Below are positions 19,844 to 31,760 of a stretch of 64,000 nucleotides of DNA, piece by piece; position 1 is the first letter of the stretch; each line of letters begins with the position of its first letter. The stretch is from NCBI GenBank assembly GCA_963779415.1, contig CAVZYA010000002.1, positions 320,001-384,000 of the forward strand, written 5' to 3'. Below the pieces are notes generated by a model. That model was not told the DNA's origin and made no database searches. It saw only the letters and a program-made list of their open reading frames with translations. The position numbers and the translations under genes are program-made. Source of the stretch: an uncultured Acidobacteriota bacterium. Lineage in GTDB: Bacteria; Acidobacteriota; Thermoanaerobaculia; UBA5066.

Positions 19844-20274
19844 CACCCCCGGAACCTCTCGCGTTCGCGCCGCTCGCGCTTCGAGAGGCGGCCGCCCCCG
19901 TCTCCGCCCTCCGGGGCGAGGAGGCGCTCGAGGCGCCGCGCCTCGATCTGCTCCGGCGTCGGCGGGGGGGTCGTCTCCTCGCGGAGGGTCCGCGCGACGG
20001 CCTTCGGGAGGTGCCTTTCCGCGAGGGCGCGGACGACGAACGTCCGGCGCCCCGCCGCCATCGTGATGGCGAGCGTGTCACCCACACGGATCATCCTGTG
20101 GGGCGGGGCGGTGTGCCCGTTCACGTCCACCTTCCCCCCCTTGCAGGCGCCCGAGGCCTGCGACCGGGTCGGGAAGAGGCACGAGACGTCGAGGAAGACG
20201 TCCAGCCGGACTTCGGCGGGCCCGGCGGTGGTTTGTTCCTTCTTGGATGGCCGTTCCATCACGCACACCGCCAT
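19840..20274 (-). CDS. S4-domain RNA-binding protein (Hsp15/HslR-like)
   Basis: VRLDVFL...TRSQA...GKVDVNG S4 motif; GRLSKRERR tail. Start uncertain. Confidence 0.8.
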   Translation of the reverse strand: MAVCVMERPSKKEQTTAGPAEVRLDVFLDVSCLFPTRSQASGACKGGKVDVNGHTAPPHRMIRVGDTLAITMAAGRRTFVVRALAERHLPKAVARTLREETTPPPTPEQIEARRLERLLAPEGGDGGGRLSKRERRERERFRGW

Positions 20275-20341
20275 GCGCGGAGGGGACGGACGCGAAGCGT
20301 TCGTCGGGGAACCCGGCGACCGGGTTCCTCCCGGCCCATTC

Positions 20342-20710
20342 TCAAAAGACGAGCTTCTCGACTTTCTTGTCGAAGTTATAGACGTAACTGTACGTGAACA
20401 CCTCGACCGTCTCCTGGTATTTCACCTGGACGTTGATGTAGCCGCCGTTGCGGATGACGTTGACGTCCTGCGGCTTGACCGGCACGCGAATCTCCTGTGC
20501 CTTCATCAGAAGCTCATCCCGAAGCTTGTCGACGGGCTTCAGGCCGCCAAAGTTCGCCGCCTCGTTCATCGCATCGAACATCTCGGCCCCGCGGATGTGA
20601 AGCGGGATGATCTTGATGCCGGCCGTCACGGCCACGAAGAGGAGGCCGAGGCCGATGAGAAGGCCGAACATCCCCTCGCCCCGCTGCCACCGCCTCGACT
20701 CTCCGCGCAT
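20342..20710 (-). CDS. Small single-TM protein downstream of lepB (DUF4845-like, pilin-like N-terminus)
   Basis: Basic N-terminus, QRGEG, then a hydrophobic helix; typical position after lepB. Confidence 0.6.
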   Translation of the reverse strand: MRGESRRWQRGEGMFGLLIGLGLLFVAVTAGIKIIPLHIRGAEMFDAMNEAANFGGLKPVDKLRDELLMKAQEIRVPVKPQDVNVIRNGGYINVQVKYQETVEVFTYSYVYNFDKKVEKLVF

Positions 20711-20746
20711 CGTTTCCCCTCCCCCGAGCCGGCCGCGGGAACGGCG

Positions 20747-21457
20747 TCACCGGACCCGGCGGCCTGTTCGCCCCCAGCGGGTTCTCTCGAAAAAGTGTAG
20801 CGCGTTATCGAGGAGCCGGCGCAGCCCCGCCCCGCGCCCCCGGATCCCCGCGGCCGCCCCTTCATCGAAGGACCAGTAGATCAGGACGGACCGCCCCTTG
20901 AGATGGCTCCGCGGAACGGGGCCGAAGACGCGCGAGTCGAGCGAGTCGTCACGGTTGTCGCCGAGGGCAAGGTACTCCCCCGAAGTGAGCGTGAGCGGCC
21001 CGAAATGGTCACGGGTCGCGAGGAGCTTCGGCACATCCGGGCTCTTCGGGAGGACGTCCGGATCGCGGTGGACGGCGTACGGCTCTTCCCGGGCCACCCC
21101 GTCCACGAGGAGGCGCTTCGCGGCGATCTCGACGGTTTCCCCCGGCAGTCCGACGAAGCGCTTCACGAGGTCCCGCGACGGCTCGGCCGGCGACCGGAAG
21201 ACGACGACGTCCCCGCGTGCCGGGTCTCGTCTCGGCAGGAGCCGTCCCCAGGGCCCGGCGGAGGCGCCGTAGAGGAACTTGTCGACGACGATGTGGTCTC
21301 CCGGAAGGAGCCCCGGCTCCATCGACCCGCTCGGGATGTTGAAGGCCTCGACGACCCAGGTCCGGAAGAAGAGCGCCACGAGGACGGCCGCGAGCATCGC
21401 CTCGGCGTAGGCGGAAAGCTCGGCCAAAAGCGGCCGGCGCCGGGCGGCGACCGCCAT
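20747..21457 (-). CDS. lepB: Signal peptidase I
   Basis: IPSGSMEP (Ser), LVKRFVGLPG (Lys), GDNRDDSLDSR; follows lepA. Confidence 0.92.
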   Translation of the reverse strand: MAVAARRRPLLAELSAYAEAMLAAVLVALFFRTWVVEAFNIPSGSMEPGLLPGDHIVVDKFLYGASAGPWGRLLPRRDPARGDVVVFRSPAEPSRDLVKRFVGLPGETVEIAAKRLLVDGVAREEPYAVHRDPDVLPKSPDVPKLLATRDHFGPLTLTSGEYLALGDNRDDSLDSRVFGPVPRSHLKGRSVLIYWSFDEGAAAGIRGRGAGLRRLLDNALHFFERTRWGRTGRRVR

Positions 21458-23256
21458 CAGTCGACCTTCAGGACGGCGAGGAAAGCCTCCTGCGGCAGGT
21501 CGACGCGGCCGACCTTCTTCATCCGCTTCTTCCCTTCCTTCTGCTTCTCGAGGAGCTTCCTCTTCCGGGTGATGTCTCCGCCATAGCACTTCGCGAGGAC
21601 GTTCTTCCGGAGCGCCTTGACCGTCTGGCGCGCGATGATCTTCGAGCCGATCCCCGCCTGGATGACGACCTCGAACATCTGCTGCGGGATCATCTCCTTC
21701 ATCTTCTCGCAGAGCGCCCGTCCCTTCGCCGCCGCCTTCTCGCGGTGGACGATGAGGGCGAGCGCGTCGACGGGGTCCCCGTTCAGGAGGATGTCGAGCT
21801 TCACGAGGTCCCCGGGGCGGTAGTCGATGAGCTGGTAGTCGAACGACGCGTAGCCGCGAGAGATCGACTTCAGCTTGTCGTAGAAATCGAGGATCACCTC
21901 GTTCAGGGGAAATTCGTACTTCAGGACCGCCCGGTCGGTCCCGGCGTACTCCAGCGAGACCTGGTTTCCCCGCCGCTCCTCCGCGAGGGCGAGGAGCCCC
22001 CCGAGGAACTCGTCCTTCGTGATGATCGTCGCGAGGATGTACGGTTCGCGGATCTCGTCGACCAGCTGCGGCCCCGGAAGCTTCACCGGGTTCGAAATCA
22101 TCACGGTTTCGCCACGGGTCGTCAGGACTTCGTACGGGACGGAGGGGGCCGTCGTCACGAGCGAAAGGTTGAACTCCCTCTCGAGGCGCTCCTGGACGAT
22201 CTCCATGTGGAGGAGGCCGAGGTAGCCGCATCGGAAGCCGAAGCCGAGGGCCGTCGACGACTCGGGCTCGAACGTGAACGACGCGTCGTTCAGGCGGAGC
22301 TTTTCCATCGCGTCGCGAAGGTTCTCGTAGTCGTCCGACTCGATCGGGAAGAGCGACGCGAAGACCATCGGCCTCACGTCCTGAAAGCCGGGAAGGGCCT
22401 CGGCGGTGGGGCGCTCCGCTTCGGTCATCGTGTCGCCGATCTTCGTGGCGTGGAGGTCCTTGATCCCGGCGATGACGTAACCGACCTCGCCGACGGAGAG
22501 CTCGGGAACGACCTCGGCCTTCGGAGAGAAGATCCCGACCTCCTGCACCTCGAAGGCGAGACCCGCCCCCATCATCCGGATCCGCATCCCCGGCCGGATC
22601 GTGCCTTCGTGGACCCGGACGAGGCAGGTGACGCCACGGTAGATGTCGAACCAGGAGTCGAAGAGGAGGGCCTTCAGGGGCGCGGCGGGATCTCCGGCAG
22701 GGGGCGGGACGAGATGAACGATCTCCTCGAGAAGGTCCCTGACACCCGTTCCGACCTTCCCCGAGGTGAGGACGGCGTGCTTCGCGGGGATCCCGAGCAC
22801 TTCTTCGATTTGCTCGCGGGCCATCTCGGGGACGGCCGACGGGAGGTCGACCTTGTTGATGCAGGGGACGATCGTCAGGTTGTTGTGGATCGCGAGGTAG
22901 GCGTTCGCGAGCGTCTGCGCCTCGACCCCCTGCGTCGAGTCGACGACGAGAACGGCCCCCTCGCACGCGGCGAGCGAGCGGGAGACCTCGTACGTGAAGT
23001 CGACGTGCCCCGGCGTGTCGATCAGGTTCAGGATGTAGTCGTCGCCGTCCTCCGAGCGGTACTTCAGCGTGACGGAGCGGGCCTTGATCGTGATGCCACG
23101 CTCCTTCTCGATCGGGTTGTCGTCGAGCACCTGCGCGTGCATCTCGCGGGCGGAGAGCGCTCCGGTGATCTCGAGGATCCGGTCCGAGAGCGTCGTCTTC
23201 CCGTGGTCGATGTGGGCGACGATCGAGAAATTGCGGATGTGCGAGGGGTCCGTCAT
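21457..23256 (-). CDS. lepA: Elongation factor 4
   Basis: [42 protein letters not shown]. Confidence 0.98.
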   Translation of the reverse strand: MTDPSHIRNFSIVAHIDHGKTTLSDRILEITGALSAREMHAQVLDDNPIEKERGITIKARSVTLKYRSEDGDDYILNLIDTPGHVDFTYEVSRSLAACEGAVLVVDSTQGVEAQTLANAYLAIHNNLTIVPCINKVDLPSAVPEMAREQIEEVLGIPAKHAVLTSGKVGTGVRDLLEEIVHLVPPPAGDPAAPLKALLFDSWFDIYRGVTCLVRVHEGTIRPGMRIRMMGAGLAFEVQEVGIFSPKAEVVPELSVGEVGYVIAGIKDLHATKIGDTMTEAERPTAEALPGFQDVRPMVFASLFPIESDDYENLRDAMEKLRLNDASFTFEPESSTALGFGFRCGYLGLLHMEIVQERLEREFNLSLVTTAPSVPYEVLTTRGETVMISNPVKLPGPQLVDEIREPYILATIITKDEFLGGLLALAEERRGNQVSLEYAGTDRAVLKYEFPLNEVILDFYDKLKSISRGYASFDYQLIDYRPGDLVKLDILLNGDPVDALALIVHREKAAAKGRALCEKMKEMIPQQMFEVVIQAGIGSKIIARQTVKALRKNVLAKCYGGDITRKRKLLEKQKEGKKRMKKVGRVDLPQEAFLAVLKVD

Positions 23257-23334
23257 GGGGTCCCGCGCCCGGCCCGGGGGCCCGGGCGACGCGGGGGCGT
23301 CATTCTAGCGGACGCCCCTCTTGCCCCGGGCCTT

Positions 23335-23994
23335 CTAGCGGCTTCCGAAGATGGCCGTCCCGATCCGGACGAGCGTCGCCCCTTCCTCGATCGCCGCCTC
23401 GAAGTCGTCGCTCATCCCCATCGAGAGGGCCGGAAGGCCGATCTCTCCGGCGAGCCGGCGGAGCGTCGCGAAGTGGGGGCGGGTCTCTCCCGGAGGGGGG
23501 ATCGTCATCAGGCCCGCCAGATCGAGCGCCGGGAGGGACCGGACCACTCCGGCAAGCCCCGGGAGCAATTCCGGGAGGACGCCCGCCTTCGTCGCCTCGC
23601 CGCCGAGGTGGACTTCGAGGAACACCTTCAGCCGCCTTCCGGCGATCTCGGCTCCGCGGGCGAGCCGCTGTGCGATCTCTGCCGCGTCGATCGTCTGGAC
23701 GACGTCGGCGATCTTCGCGGCGCGATTCGCCTTGTTCGACTGGATCGGACCGATGAGATGCCGGACAGCGTCCGCGGGAAGAGCCGGGAACTTCTCTCCG
23801 GCTTCCTGTACCCGGTTCTCGCCGAAGTCGCGGACGCCGGCCGCGTACGCATGGAGAAGATCCTCGAGCGGCTTCGTCTTCCCGACGGCGACGAGCGTGA
23901 TCGAGGCCGGGTCGCGCCGGGCGCGCGCGGCTGCATTCGCGATCCGCTCCCGCACCTTCTCGAGGTTCGTCGCGATCTCCTCCGCACGGTTCAC
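23335..23994 (-). CDS. yggS: PLP homeostasis protein, YggS family
   Basis: LVAVGKTKP, FGENRVQE, HLIGPIQSNK, LSMGMSDDF, VRIGTAIFG. Confidence 0.93.
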   Translation of the reverse strand: MNRAEEIATNLEKVRERIANAAARARRDPASITLVAVGKTKPLEDLLHAYAAGVRDFGENRVQEAGEKFPALPADAVRHLIGPIQSNKANRAAKIADVVQTIDAAEIAQRLARGAEIAGRRLKVFLEVHLGGEATKAGVLPELLPGLAGVVRSLPALDLAGLMTIPPPGETRPHFATLRRLAGEIGLPALSMGMSDDFEAAIEEGATLVRIGTAIFGSR

Positions 23995-24398
23995 GGCTTT
24001 TCCTCCTCGTCGAGCGCGGCGTTCGCGAGGGCGTCGGCCTCACGGTTTTCGCGGCGCGGGACGTGGACCACCTCGAGCCGCCGGAATCGCCGCGCCTTCT
24101 GGCGCGCCGCGGCGAGGTACGGGGCGAGGTGATGCGCCTTCACCCGGTACGTCCCGAGGAACTGCTTGACGACGAGCTCGCTGTCGGCCCGGACCTCGAC
24201 GACGGTCGCTCCCGCCTCGGCCGCCAGGTCGAGCGCCGCGAGAAACCCCTGCCACTCGGCCACGTTGTTCGTCGTCCGGCCGATCGTCCGGCTCGCCGAG
24301 CGGCCCGCCGGAGAGAAGACCCCCCACGCGGCGGGACCGGGGTTTCCACGCGATGCGCCGTCGAAGTAGACGACGAAGGGGGGCTTACTCGCCTCCAT
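23991..24398 (-). CDS. Ribonuclease HI family protein
   Basis: FDGASRGNPG, TNNVAEW, DSELVVKQ, NREADALAN. Confidence 0.88.
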   Translation of the reverse strand: MEASKPPFVVYFDGASRGNPGPAAWGVFSPAGRSASRTIGRTTNNVAEWQGFLAALDLAAEAGATVVEVRADSELVVKQFLGTYRVKAHHLAPYLAAARQKARRFRRLEVVHVPRRENREADALANAALDEEEKP

Positions 24399-25122
24399 CC
24401 CAGTAGAGGATCCGCTTGCAGCTGTCGCAGATGATCGGCTCTTTGGAGAGCCGGATGTCCGAGAGGAGCTGCGGACGGAGGCGGACGTGGCAGGCCGTGC
24501 ACGAGGCTGTCTGCGGCCCGACCATGGCGACGCGGGCGAGCGCCACGCCGCCACGTCTGCCGGCGATCTGCCGGAAGCGGCGAAGCAGCACTTTGTCGAT
24601 CGTCTTCTCGAGCGCGCGCGCCGCCTCCTCGGCGGCCGCGATCTCCTTCGCGAGGGAGGCCTGCTCGGCGCGCCATTCCTTCATCTGTTCCTCGTAGCCC
24701 GCCTCTTCCTCCGGGAAGGAAGCCTCGTGCGCGGCGACCTCGGCCGAGGAGGCCGCGAGGTTCTCCTCGAGTCCGAGGATCTCGTCCTCGCGGGTCCGGA
24801 TCTCGCGTTTGACCGCGTCGAGCTCGTTCAACAGGGCGCCATACTCGCGATTCGTCTTCACCGAGGGGAGCTGCTGCTGGTACTTCTTCAGCTTCTCGGC
24901 GAGGTCCGAGATCTCCTCCTCGAGGACGTTCTTTCGGGCGCCCGCACGCACGTGCTTCTCGTCGGCCTCGTGGCGGCGCCGTCGCGCGTCCTGGAAGGCC
25001 GCCTCGACGTGGGTCAGGTGGTCGGGGGTCCGGGACATCCGCTCCGTCTTCCGCTGGACATCGAGGAGCAGCTCCTGAAGCCGATAGAGCGGTTCCAGGG
25101 GGTGGTCCGGGCTCATGCGCAC
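24385..25122 (-). CDS. Coiled-coil protein with C-terminal C4 zinc ribbon (CT398/CdsZ-like)
   Basis: VKTNREY coiled coil; CTAC...CDSCKRILY. Start 25122 (GTG) or 25116 (ATG). Confidence 0.85.
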   Translation of the reverse strand: MRMSPDHPLEPLYRLQELLLDVQRKTERMSRTPDHLTHVEAAFQDARRRRHEADEKHVRAGARKNVLEEEISDLAEKLKKYQQQLPSVKTNREYGALLNELDAVKREIRTREDEILGLEENLAASSAEVAAHEASFPEEEAGYEEQMKEWRAEQASLAKEIAAAEEAARALEKTIDKVLLRRFRQIAGRRGGVALARVAMVGPQTASCTACHVRLRPQLLSDIRLSKEPIICDSCKRILYWDGGE

Positions 25123-25255
25123 CCTCCCTGAAAAAGGAACGGGCGCCGTTCGGCGCCCATCTTCATCCCGCGAGAAAACCGGCGCCGCGCGGCGCCGGAG
25201 GAGATCGTGATTTCGCTTCGCACCCCTTGCTTCTCTCCTCCACCGGCGGGACCGG

Positions 25256-25328
25256 TGGGTCCGCCCGGATTCGAACCGGGGACCTGCCGGTTATGAGCCG
25301 GTGGCTCTGACCGCTGAGCTACGGACCC
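25256..25328 (-). tRNA. tRNA with CAT anticodon, probably tRNA-Ile2 (lysidine) or elongator Met; CCA not encoded (followed by CCG)
   Basis: GGGTCCG/CGGACCC acceptor stem, TAGCTCAG D-arm, CTCATAA anticodon loop, GGTTCGAATCC T-arm. The G1-C72 pair argues against initiator tRNA. Confidence 0.92.
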
Positions 25329-25360
25329 AAAAGGGCCGGACTTCGAAGGATAGCAGGGTT

Positions 25361-27103
<1,743 letters not shown>

Positions 27104-27110
27104 CGAATCG

Positions 27111-28937
27111 TCACTCCCTGGCGTCCCCTGTATTGGGACGCCTCAACTCCGATTTGAGTTCCGCCTTGAGGCGAGAGGCCTCGACGGCCAGCCCGTGCTT
27201 TTCTCTCGTGAGCCTCGCATGGGCATCTATGTCTCCGGCAATCTCGGCCTTCTGGATCTCAGGCTGAAGCCGAGCCGCCGACTCCTCCAAGAAACGTATT
27301 TTGAGCTGCAGCAATGGGATATGAAGGCGCCCGAACCCCCTGCCCCCTTGTTCCTTCTCTTCTCCCGAAAACGACTCCTGAAGCAGAAGGCGAGCAACCC
27401 ACGCGCCCGCATCCGCTCCAACATGGGACTCGAGATCAGAAAAATCAAGGGGCTGCCCCGCCTCGGCCCGGGACTTGAGCGCCGTAAATAGTTCTCTGGC
27501 AATGGGATGAGAGAAAATCTCCGATGGAATCCGCGGTATCACCGAGACGGCGTCTTCCCACTCCGCAATCAGAAGTGAAAGGACCCTCTCCTCCCCCTCG
27601 GGGAGCTTCTTCGGAGACGCGTCCCTTGCGGCCGCGGACCCCCCCTCGGGCCTGGTGGGAACCAGGGCCGAAGCCGAGAGGACGCCTAAGGGCACCCCGG
27701 TGCCACGGGAGAGGGCCGACAGCAGCTCGTGGCGAAGAACCGCCTCCCGAGCCTGGGAGACGATCTCGGCGGCCTCCTTGAGGCGTCCGGCTCGAGCCGT
27801 GGGATCTTCCCCGGCGAGAGGGATCCGCGAGAGGAGGGCAGGAACGATCGCGGGGGCCGCACTCACGGCTGCCCGGAGCGCTTCCGGCCCTTTCTCCTGA
27901 AGGAAGGAATCCGGGTCGTGCCCGTCCGGCAGCGCGAGGTGCCTCACGGCGACGCCCCGCGAAAGGAGGAGCGGGAAGGCCTTGTACGACGCCGCGATGC
28001 CGGCGGCGTCTCCGTCGTACCCGACGACGACCGTCGCGGCATGTCGGGCGAGGAGATCGGATTGCGAAGGGGTCAGCGCGGTCCCCATCGACGCGACCGC
28101 GTTCTCGCATCCGGCCCGGGCGAGAGCGATCTGGTCGAAGTACCCCTCGACGAGGATCGCCGTTTCCGACCGGCGGATCGGCTCCTTCGCCCGGTCGAGG
28201 CCGTAGAGGATCTTCCCTTTCGTGAAGCGGTTCGTCTCGGGTGTGTTCAGGTATTTCGGGAGGTCGTCCCCGAGGGCGCGTGCTCCAAATCCGAGCACCT
28301 CGCCGCGTGCGTCGCGGATCTCGATCGTGAGGCGGTTGCGGAACCGGTCGTAGACGCGCCCCGTGTCGGGATGCCGTTGAAGAAGACCCGCCTCGACGAG
28401 AGCCTCCTCGGTGAAACGGGGCGACAGCGACGACTTGAGCGTCTCCCATCCGTCGGGGGCTGCGCCGATGCCGAAGCCGGACGCTTCTTCGATGCCGAGA
28501 CCGCGCCGGGCGAGGAGAGCCACGGCGGCGGCGTGGCGGGGGAGCGCGGCCGAGAAGAACGCCGCGGCCGCGGCGAGCGCCTCGGCGACGCGCGTCTCCT
28601 TCGCGCGGTCGGCCCGCGTCCCTCCCTTCCGGACGGGGAGCGTGATCCCGGCCTGCCGGGCGAGATAGGCGACCGCTTCCGGAAACTCGAGACGCTCGGT
28701 CTCGCGCACGAACGTGATCGCATCCCCCTTCGCCCCGCAGCCGAAGCAGTAATAGAAACCCTTCTCCGGGTGGACGTGGAAGGAAGGCGTCTTCTCCGTG
28801 TGGAACGGGCAGAGACCTTTCCACGAGCGCCCGGTCTTCTTCAGGCCGGTGACGGCTCCGATCAGCGAGACGAGATCGGTCGCCGAAAGGACGTCCCTCT
28901 TGACGTCATCGCTCAAGTCGTAGAAGACGTCAGACAT
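27111..28937 (-). CDS. dnaG: DNA primase
   Basis: [11 protein letters not shown]...CFGC zinc finger, KYLNTPE, VEGYFD, YDGDAAG, DPDS. Confidence 0.96.
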   Translation of the reverse strand: MSDVFYDLSDDVKRDVLSATDLVSLIGAVTGLKKTGRSWKGLCPFHTEKTPSFHVHPEKGFYYCFGCGAKGDAITFVRETERLEFPEAVAYLARQAGITLPVRKGGTRADRAKETRVAEALAAAAAFFSAALPRHAAAVALLARRGLGIEEASGFGIGAAPDGWETLKSSLSPRFTEEALVEAGLLQRHPDTGRVYDRFRNRLTIEIRDARGEVLGFGARALGDDLPKYLNTPETNRFTKGKILYGLDRAKEPIRRSETAILVEGYFDQIALARAGCENAVASMGTALTPSQSDLLARHAATVVVGYDGDAAGIAASYKAFPLLLSRGVAVRHLALPDGHDPDSFLQEKGPEALRAAVSAAPAIVPALLSRIPLAGEDPTARAGRLKEAAEIVSQAREAVLRHELLSALSRGTGVPLGVLSASALVPTRPEGGSAAARDASPKKLPEGEERVLSLLIAEWEDAVSVIPRIPSEIFSHPIARELFTALKSRAEAGQPLDFSDLESHVGADAGAWVARLLLQESFSGEEKEQGGRGFGRLHIPLLQLKIRFLEESAARLQPEIQKAEIAGDIDAHARLTREKHGLAVEASRLKAELKSELRRPNTGDARE

Positions 28938-31344
28938 CGAGCACGGCGATCGTGACCGCCGGCCCCCCTTCCCGGGGCTCGCCCGGACGGTGAGCCGCGA
29001 CGCCCGGGTGGTCGTCGAGGAACTCGCGCACCGCGGCGGCGAGCCGCCCCGTCCCGTGGCCGTGGACGATCCGGAGCGATGAGCGCCCGGAGAGGAGGGC
29101 CGCGTTCAGAGCCTGCTCCACCTCGGGGAGCGCCTCGTCGACGCGCTTGCCCACGAGAACGATCTCGGCCGCCGGGGATGTGACCCCGCTCCCCGCCGCG
29201 GCGTGCGGCGGCGGAGCCGAGCGGGACGCGGATCGCGTCACGGCAACGGGCGAGGCGCCTCCAGCCGGCGCGAGGGCTGCCGCGTCCACCTTCATCCGTT
29301 TTCCGCCGAGATCCACCTCCGCCTCGCCGCGAGCCGCGTCGAGCCTGAGAAGCCTCCCCGTTGCCTTCCACGGCCTCACCCGGACCAGCTCTCCGACGGC
29401 GACGGGCCCTCCCGGGCCCTCATCCCCCTTCTCGTCCTCGACGAACTCGAGCGCGGCCTGCCGGGAGGCGTTCGTCACCGTCATGAGCGCCCCGCGTGAC
29501 ACCGCGCGCCCGGCCCGAAGCTCTTCCCTCAGCCGCTCGATCTCGCGGCGCGTCGTCTCCCGGAGCGCCTCGAGCGCCCGGTCGATCCGCTCGCGCGCCT
29601 TCTCGGCGAGTCGCGACTTCTCGGCCGTGAGCGCCGCCTTCTCGCGCGAAAGGAGCTCGAGGCGAGCCTCGGCCTCCGACGCGAGGGCCTGCGCCCGCTC
29701 CCGCTCGGCCCGGGCACCCCGCGTCTCGGCCTCGAGCCGCGCGACCGCCGCGTCCCCGGCCGCCCATGCGGCCCCGAGCCGCTCGCGCGCCGCGTCGAGG
29801 ACGGGGCGGGGGAGTCCCGCCCGCTCCGCGACCGCGAGGGCCCGCGAACGCCCGACCGCTCCGGGGCGGATCGCGTAAGTCGGACGGCCGCTCGCCTCGT
29901 CGAACTCCATCGCGGCCGAGAGGGCGGCGGGCTCGCCGTGTCCCCATTCCTTGACCGCGGCGAGGTGCGTCGTCGCGACGGTGAGCCCCCCGCGTACCGC
30001 CTCGTGCGCGAGAAGGGCAACGGCGAGCGCGCCCCCTTCGTCGGGATCCGTCCCGCTGCCGAGCTCGTCGAGTAGGACGAGGCTCTTCGGCGTCGCGCTC
30101 GCGAGGACGCGCGCCGTGCGGCTCATCGCCGCCTCGAACGACGAGAGGTCGCCGAGGAGGTCCTGCGCGTCGCCGGCGACGACGAGGACATGGTCGAAGA
30201 CGGGAAGGCTCGTTCCGCGCGAGGCCGGCAGGGCGAAGCCGGACTGCGAGAGGAGCGCGAAAAGGCCGATCGTCTTCAGGACGACCGTCTTCCCCCCCGC
30301 GTTCGGGCCCGAGAGGAGAAGGAGCCTCTTTCCATCCGGCATCTCGAGATCGAGCGGCACGGCGTCGGCGGCGCGCTCCGCCGCGTTCTCGCCGAAGACC
30401 TCCTCACGGAGCGGAGCGAGCCGCCGGTCGAGGAGCGGGTGCCGGGCGCCTCGCAGGACGACGCGGTCTCCCTCTTCCGGGAAGACGCCGTCGACGCGCG
30501 AGGACCACTCCGCGCGGGCCTGGAACGCGTCGAGTTCCGTCAGGACCCCGACCGCGGCGAGGAGATCCGCCTTTCGCGCCGCGAACCGGGCCGTGAGCGC
30601 GGTCAGGATGCGATGCACCTCTTCGCGTTCCTCCTCGAGCGCCTCCGCAAGGGCGTTATTCGCCTCCACGGCGGCGAGCGGCTCGACGAAGAGCGTCTGC
30701 CCCGAGCCGGATTTCTCGTGAACGATTCCCGGGAGAGCGTCGCGCCGGTCGGCGCGGAGCGGCAGGCAGTAGCGCCCCCCCTTTTCCGTGACGTACCCCT
30801 CCGACAGAAGGTCCGCTTTCTCCCGCGCCAGCTCCTCCAGCCGCTTCACGACGTCGCGGCGGAGGCGCAGGATGGCGGCCCGGACGGAGTGGAGCCGGAC
30901 GGTGGCCGTGTCCTTCACCCGGCCATCCGCCTCGAAGACGCGGTCCTTTTCCGACGCGAGGTCCGAGAGATCGACGAGGGGAGCGAGGAGCCCGGCCAGC
31001 GCCGGCAGCGCGAGGTCGGGGACCGGAACGGCGCGCCGCGCCCCTTCCGAGCGCTCCACGAGCGTAAAGAGGTCGAGCAGATCCTCCGGAGAGAGAGCGA
31101 GTCCCGACGGGCCGAGCGCGAAAAGGAGCTCGGCCCCTTCGTCGAGGCCGCCGATCGGGACCGGGGGACGCGCGGCGCGGCGGACGATCAGGTCGCGCGT
31201 CACGCTCCGGAGCCGCGCAACCTCCAGCGCCGTGCCCGAGGGCAAGAGGCCGAGGACGCGCTCGCGGCCCCGCTCCGTGGAACAAAAACGCCCGGCGAGC
31301 CGAAGCACGCCGGGCCAGTCGAGTTCGGAGAACGTCTCGTTCAG
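28930..31344 (-). CDS. mutS2: MutS2 family protein with C-terminal Smr domain
   Basis: ARHPLL, SGPNAGGKT, LSSF, LLDELGSGTDP, TTH, IVHGHGTG. Probable CTG start at 31344; first canonical start is GTG 31308. Confidence 0.92.
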   Translation of the reverse strand: MNETFSELDWPGVLRLAGRFCSTERGRERVLGLLPSGTALEVARLRSVTRDLIVRRAARPPVPIGGLDEGAELLFALGPSGLALSPEDLLDLFTLVERSEGARRAVPVPDLALPALAGLLAPLVDLSDLASEKDRVFEADGRVKDTATVRLHSVRAAILRLRRDVVKRLEELAREKADLLSEGYVTEKGGRYCLPLRADRRDALPGIVHEKSGSGQTLFVEPLAAVEANNALAEALEEEREEVHRILTALTARFAARKADLLAAVGVLTELDAFQARAEWSSRVDGVFPEEGDRVVLRGARHPLLDRRLAPLREEVFGENAAERAADAVPLDLEMPDGKRLLLLSGPNAGGKTVVLKTIGLFALLSQSGFALPASRGTSLPVFDHVLVVAGDAQDLLGDLSSFEAAMSRTARVLASATPKSLVLLDELGSGTDPDEGGALAVALLAHEAVRGGLTVATTHLAAVKEWGHGEPAALSAAMEFDEASGRPTYAIRPGAVGRSRALAVAERAGLPRPVLDAARERLGAAWAAGDAAVARLEAETRGARAERERAQALASEAEARLELLSREKAALTAEKSRLAEKARERIDRALEALRETTRREIERLREELRAGRAVSRGALMTVTNASRQAALEFVEDEKGDEGPGGPVAVGELVRVRPWKATGRLLRLDAARGEAEVDLGGKRMKVDAAALAPAGGASPVAVTRSASRSAPPPHAAAGSGVTSPAAEIVLVGKRVDEALPEVEQALNAALLSGRSSLRIVHGHGTGRLAAAVREFLDDHPGVAAHRPGEPREGGPAVTIAVLDV

Positions 31345-31347
31345 CGT

Positions 31348-31554
31348 CTACATCCCCCCGCGGCGCTCTTCGGCGAGCTTCCGGAGCATCTTCTTTCGGG
31401 CGGCGATGGCCTTGCGCTTGCGCTTGGCCGAGGGCTTCTCGTAATGCTGGCGCTTCTTCAGCTCGGAAAGGATGCCGGACTTTTCGCATTTCCGCTTGAA
31501 ACGGCGGAGCGCGTTCTCGAAGGATTCGTCTTCCTTGACAACGATCAGCGGCAT
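31348..31554 (-). CDS. rpsU: 30S ribosomal protein S21
   Basis: [12 protein letters not shown]...HYEKPS; SD GAGGGTGA. Confidence 0.97.
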   Translation of the reverse strand: MPLIVVKEDESFENALRRFKRKCEKSGILSELKKRQHYEKPSAKRKRKAIAARKKMLRKLAEERRGGM

Positions 31555-31760
31555 GTCGTCTCACCCCTCTCCCAGCCGAATTGACCCGCGTCGATAACGG
31601 GCGTAGCCGAACCTCAAATTCTATTCGCGAGAGCGAATCCCGTCAACGGACACCCCGGCCGAATCCGGCTGCCGGGCGGGGGGCCGCCCGGGTGCCTATA
31701 ATCGGCGTTCTGCCCCAGGCGGATTTTCCCCCGGAGGCTCCGAGAGGAGACGCTGACGCC

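Noticed and set aside
25253-25328. tRNA as an integration site
   Set aside because: No duplicated tRNA 3' end or integrase seen in the window; flanks are housekeeping genes.
27111-27600. AT-richer 3' end of dnaG suggesting foreign DNA
   Set aside because: The frame is intact, and the region is the poorly conserved DnaG C-terminus, which commonly harbours rpoD promoters.
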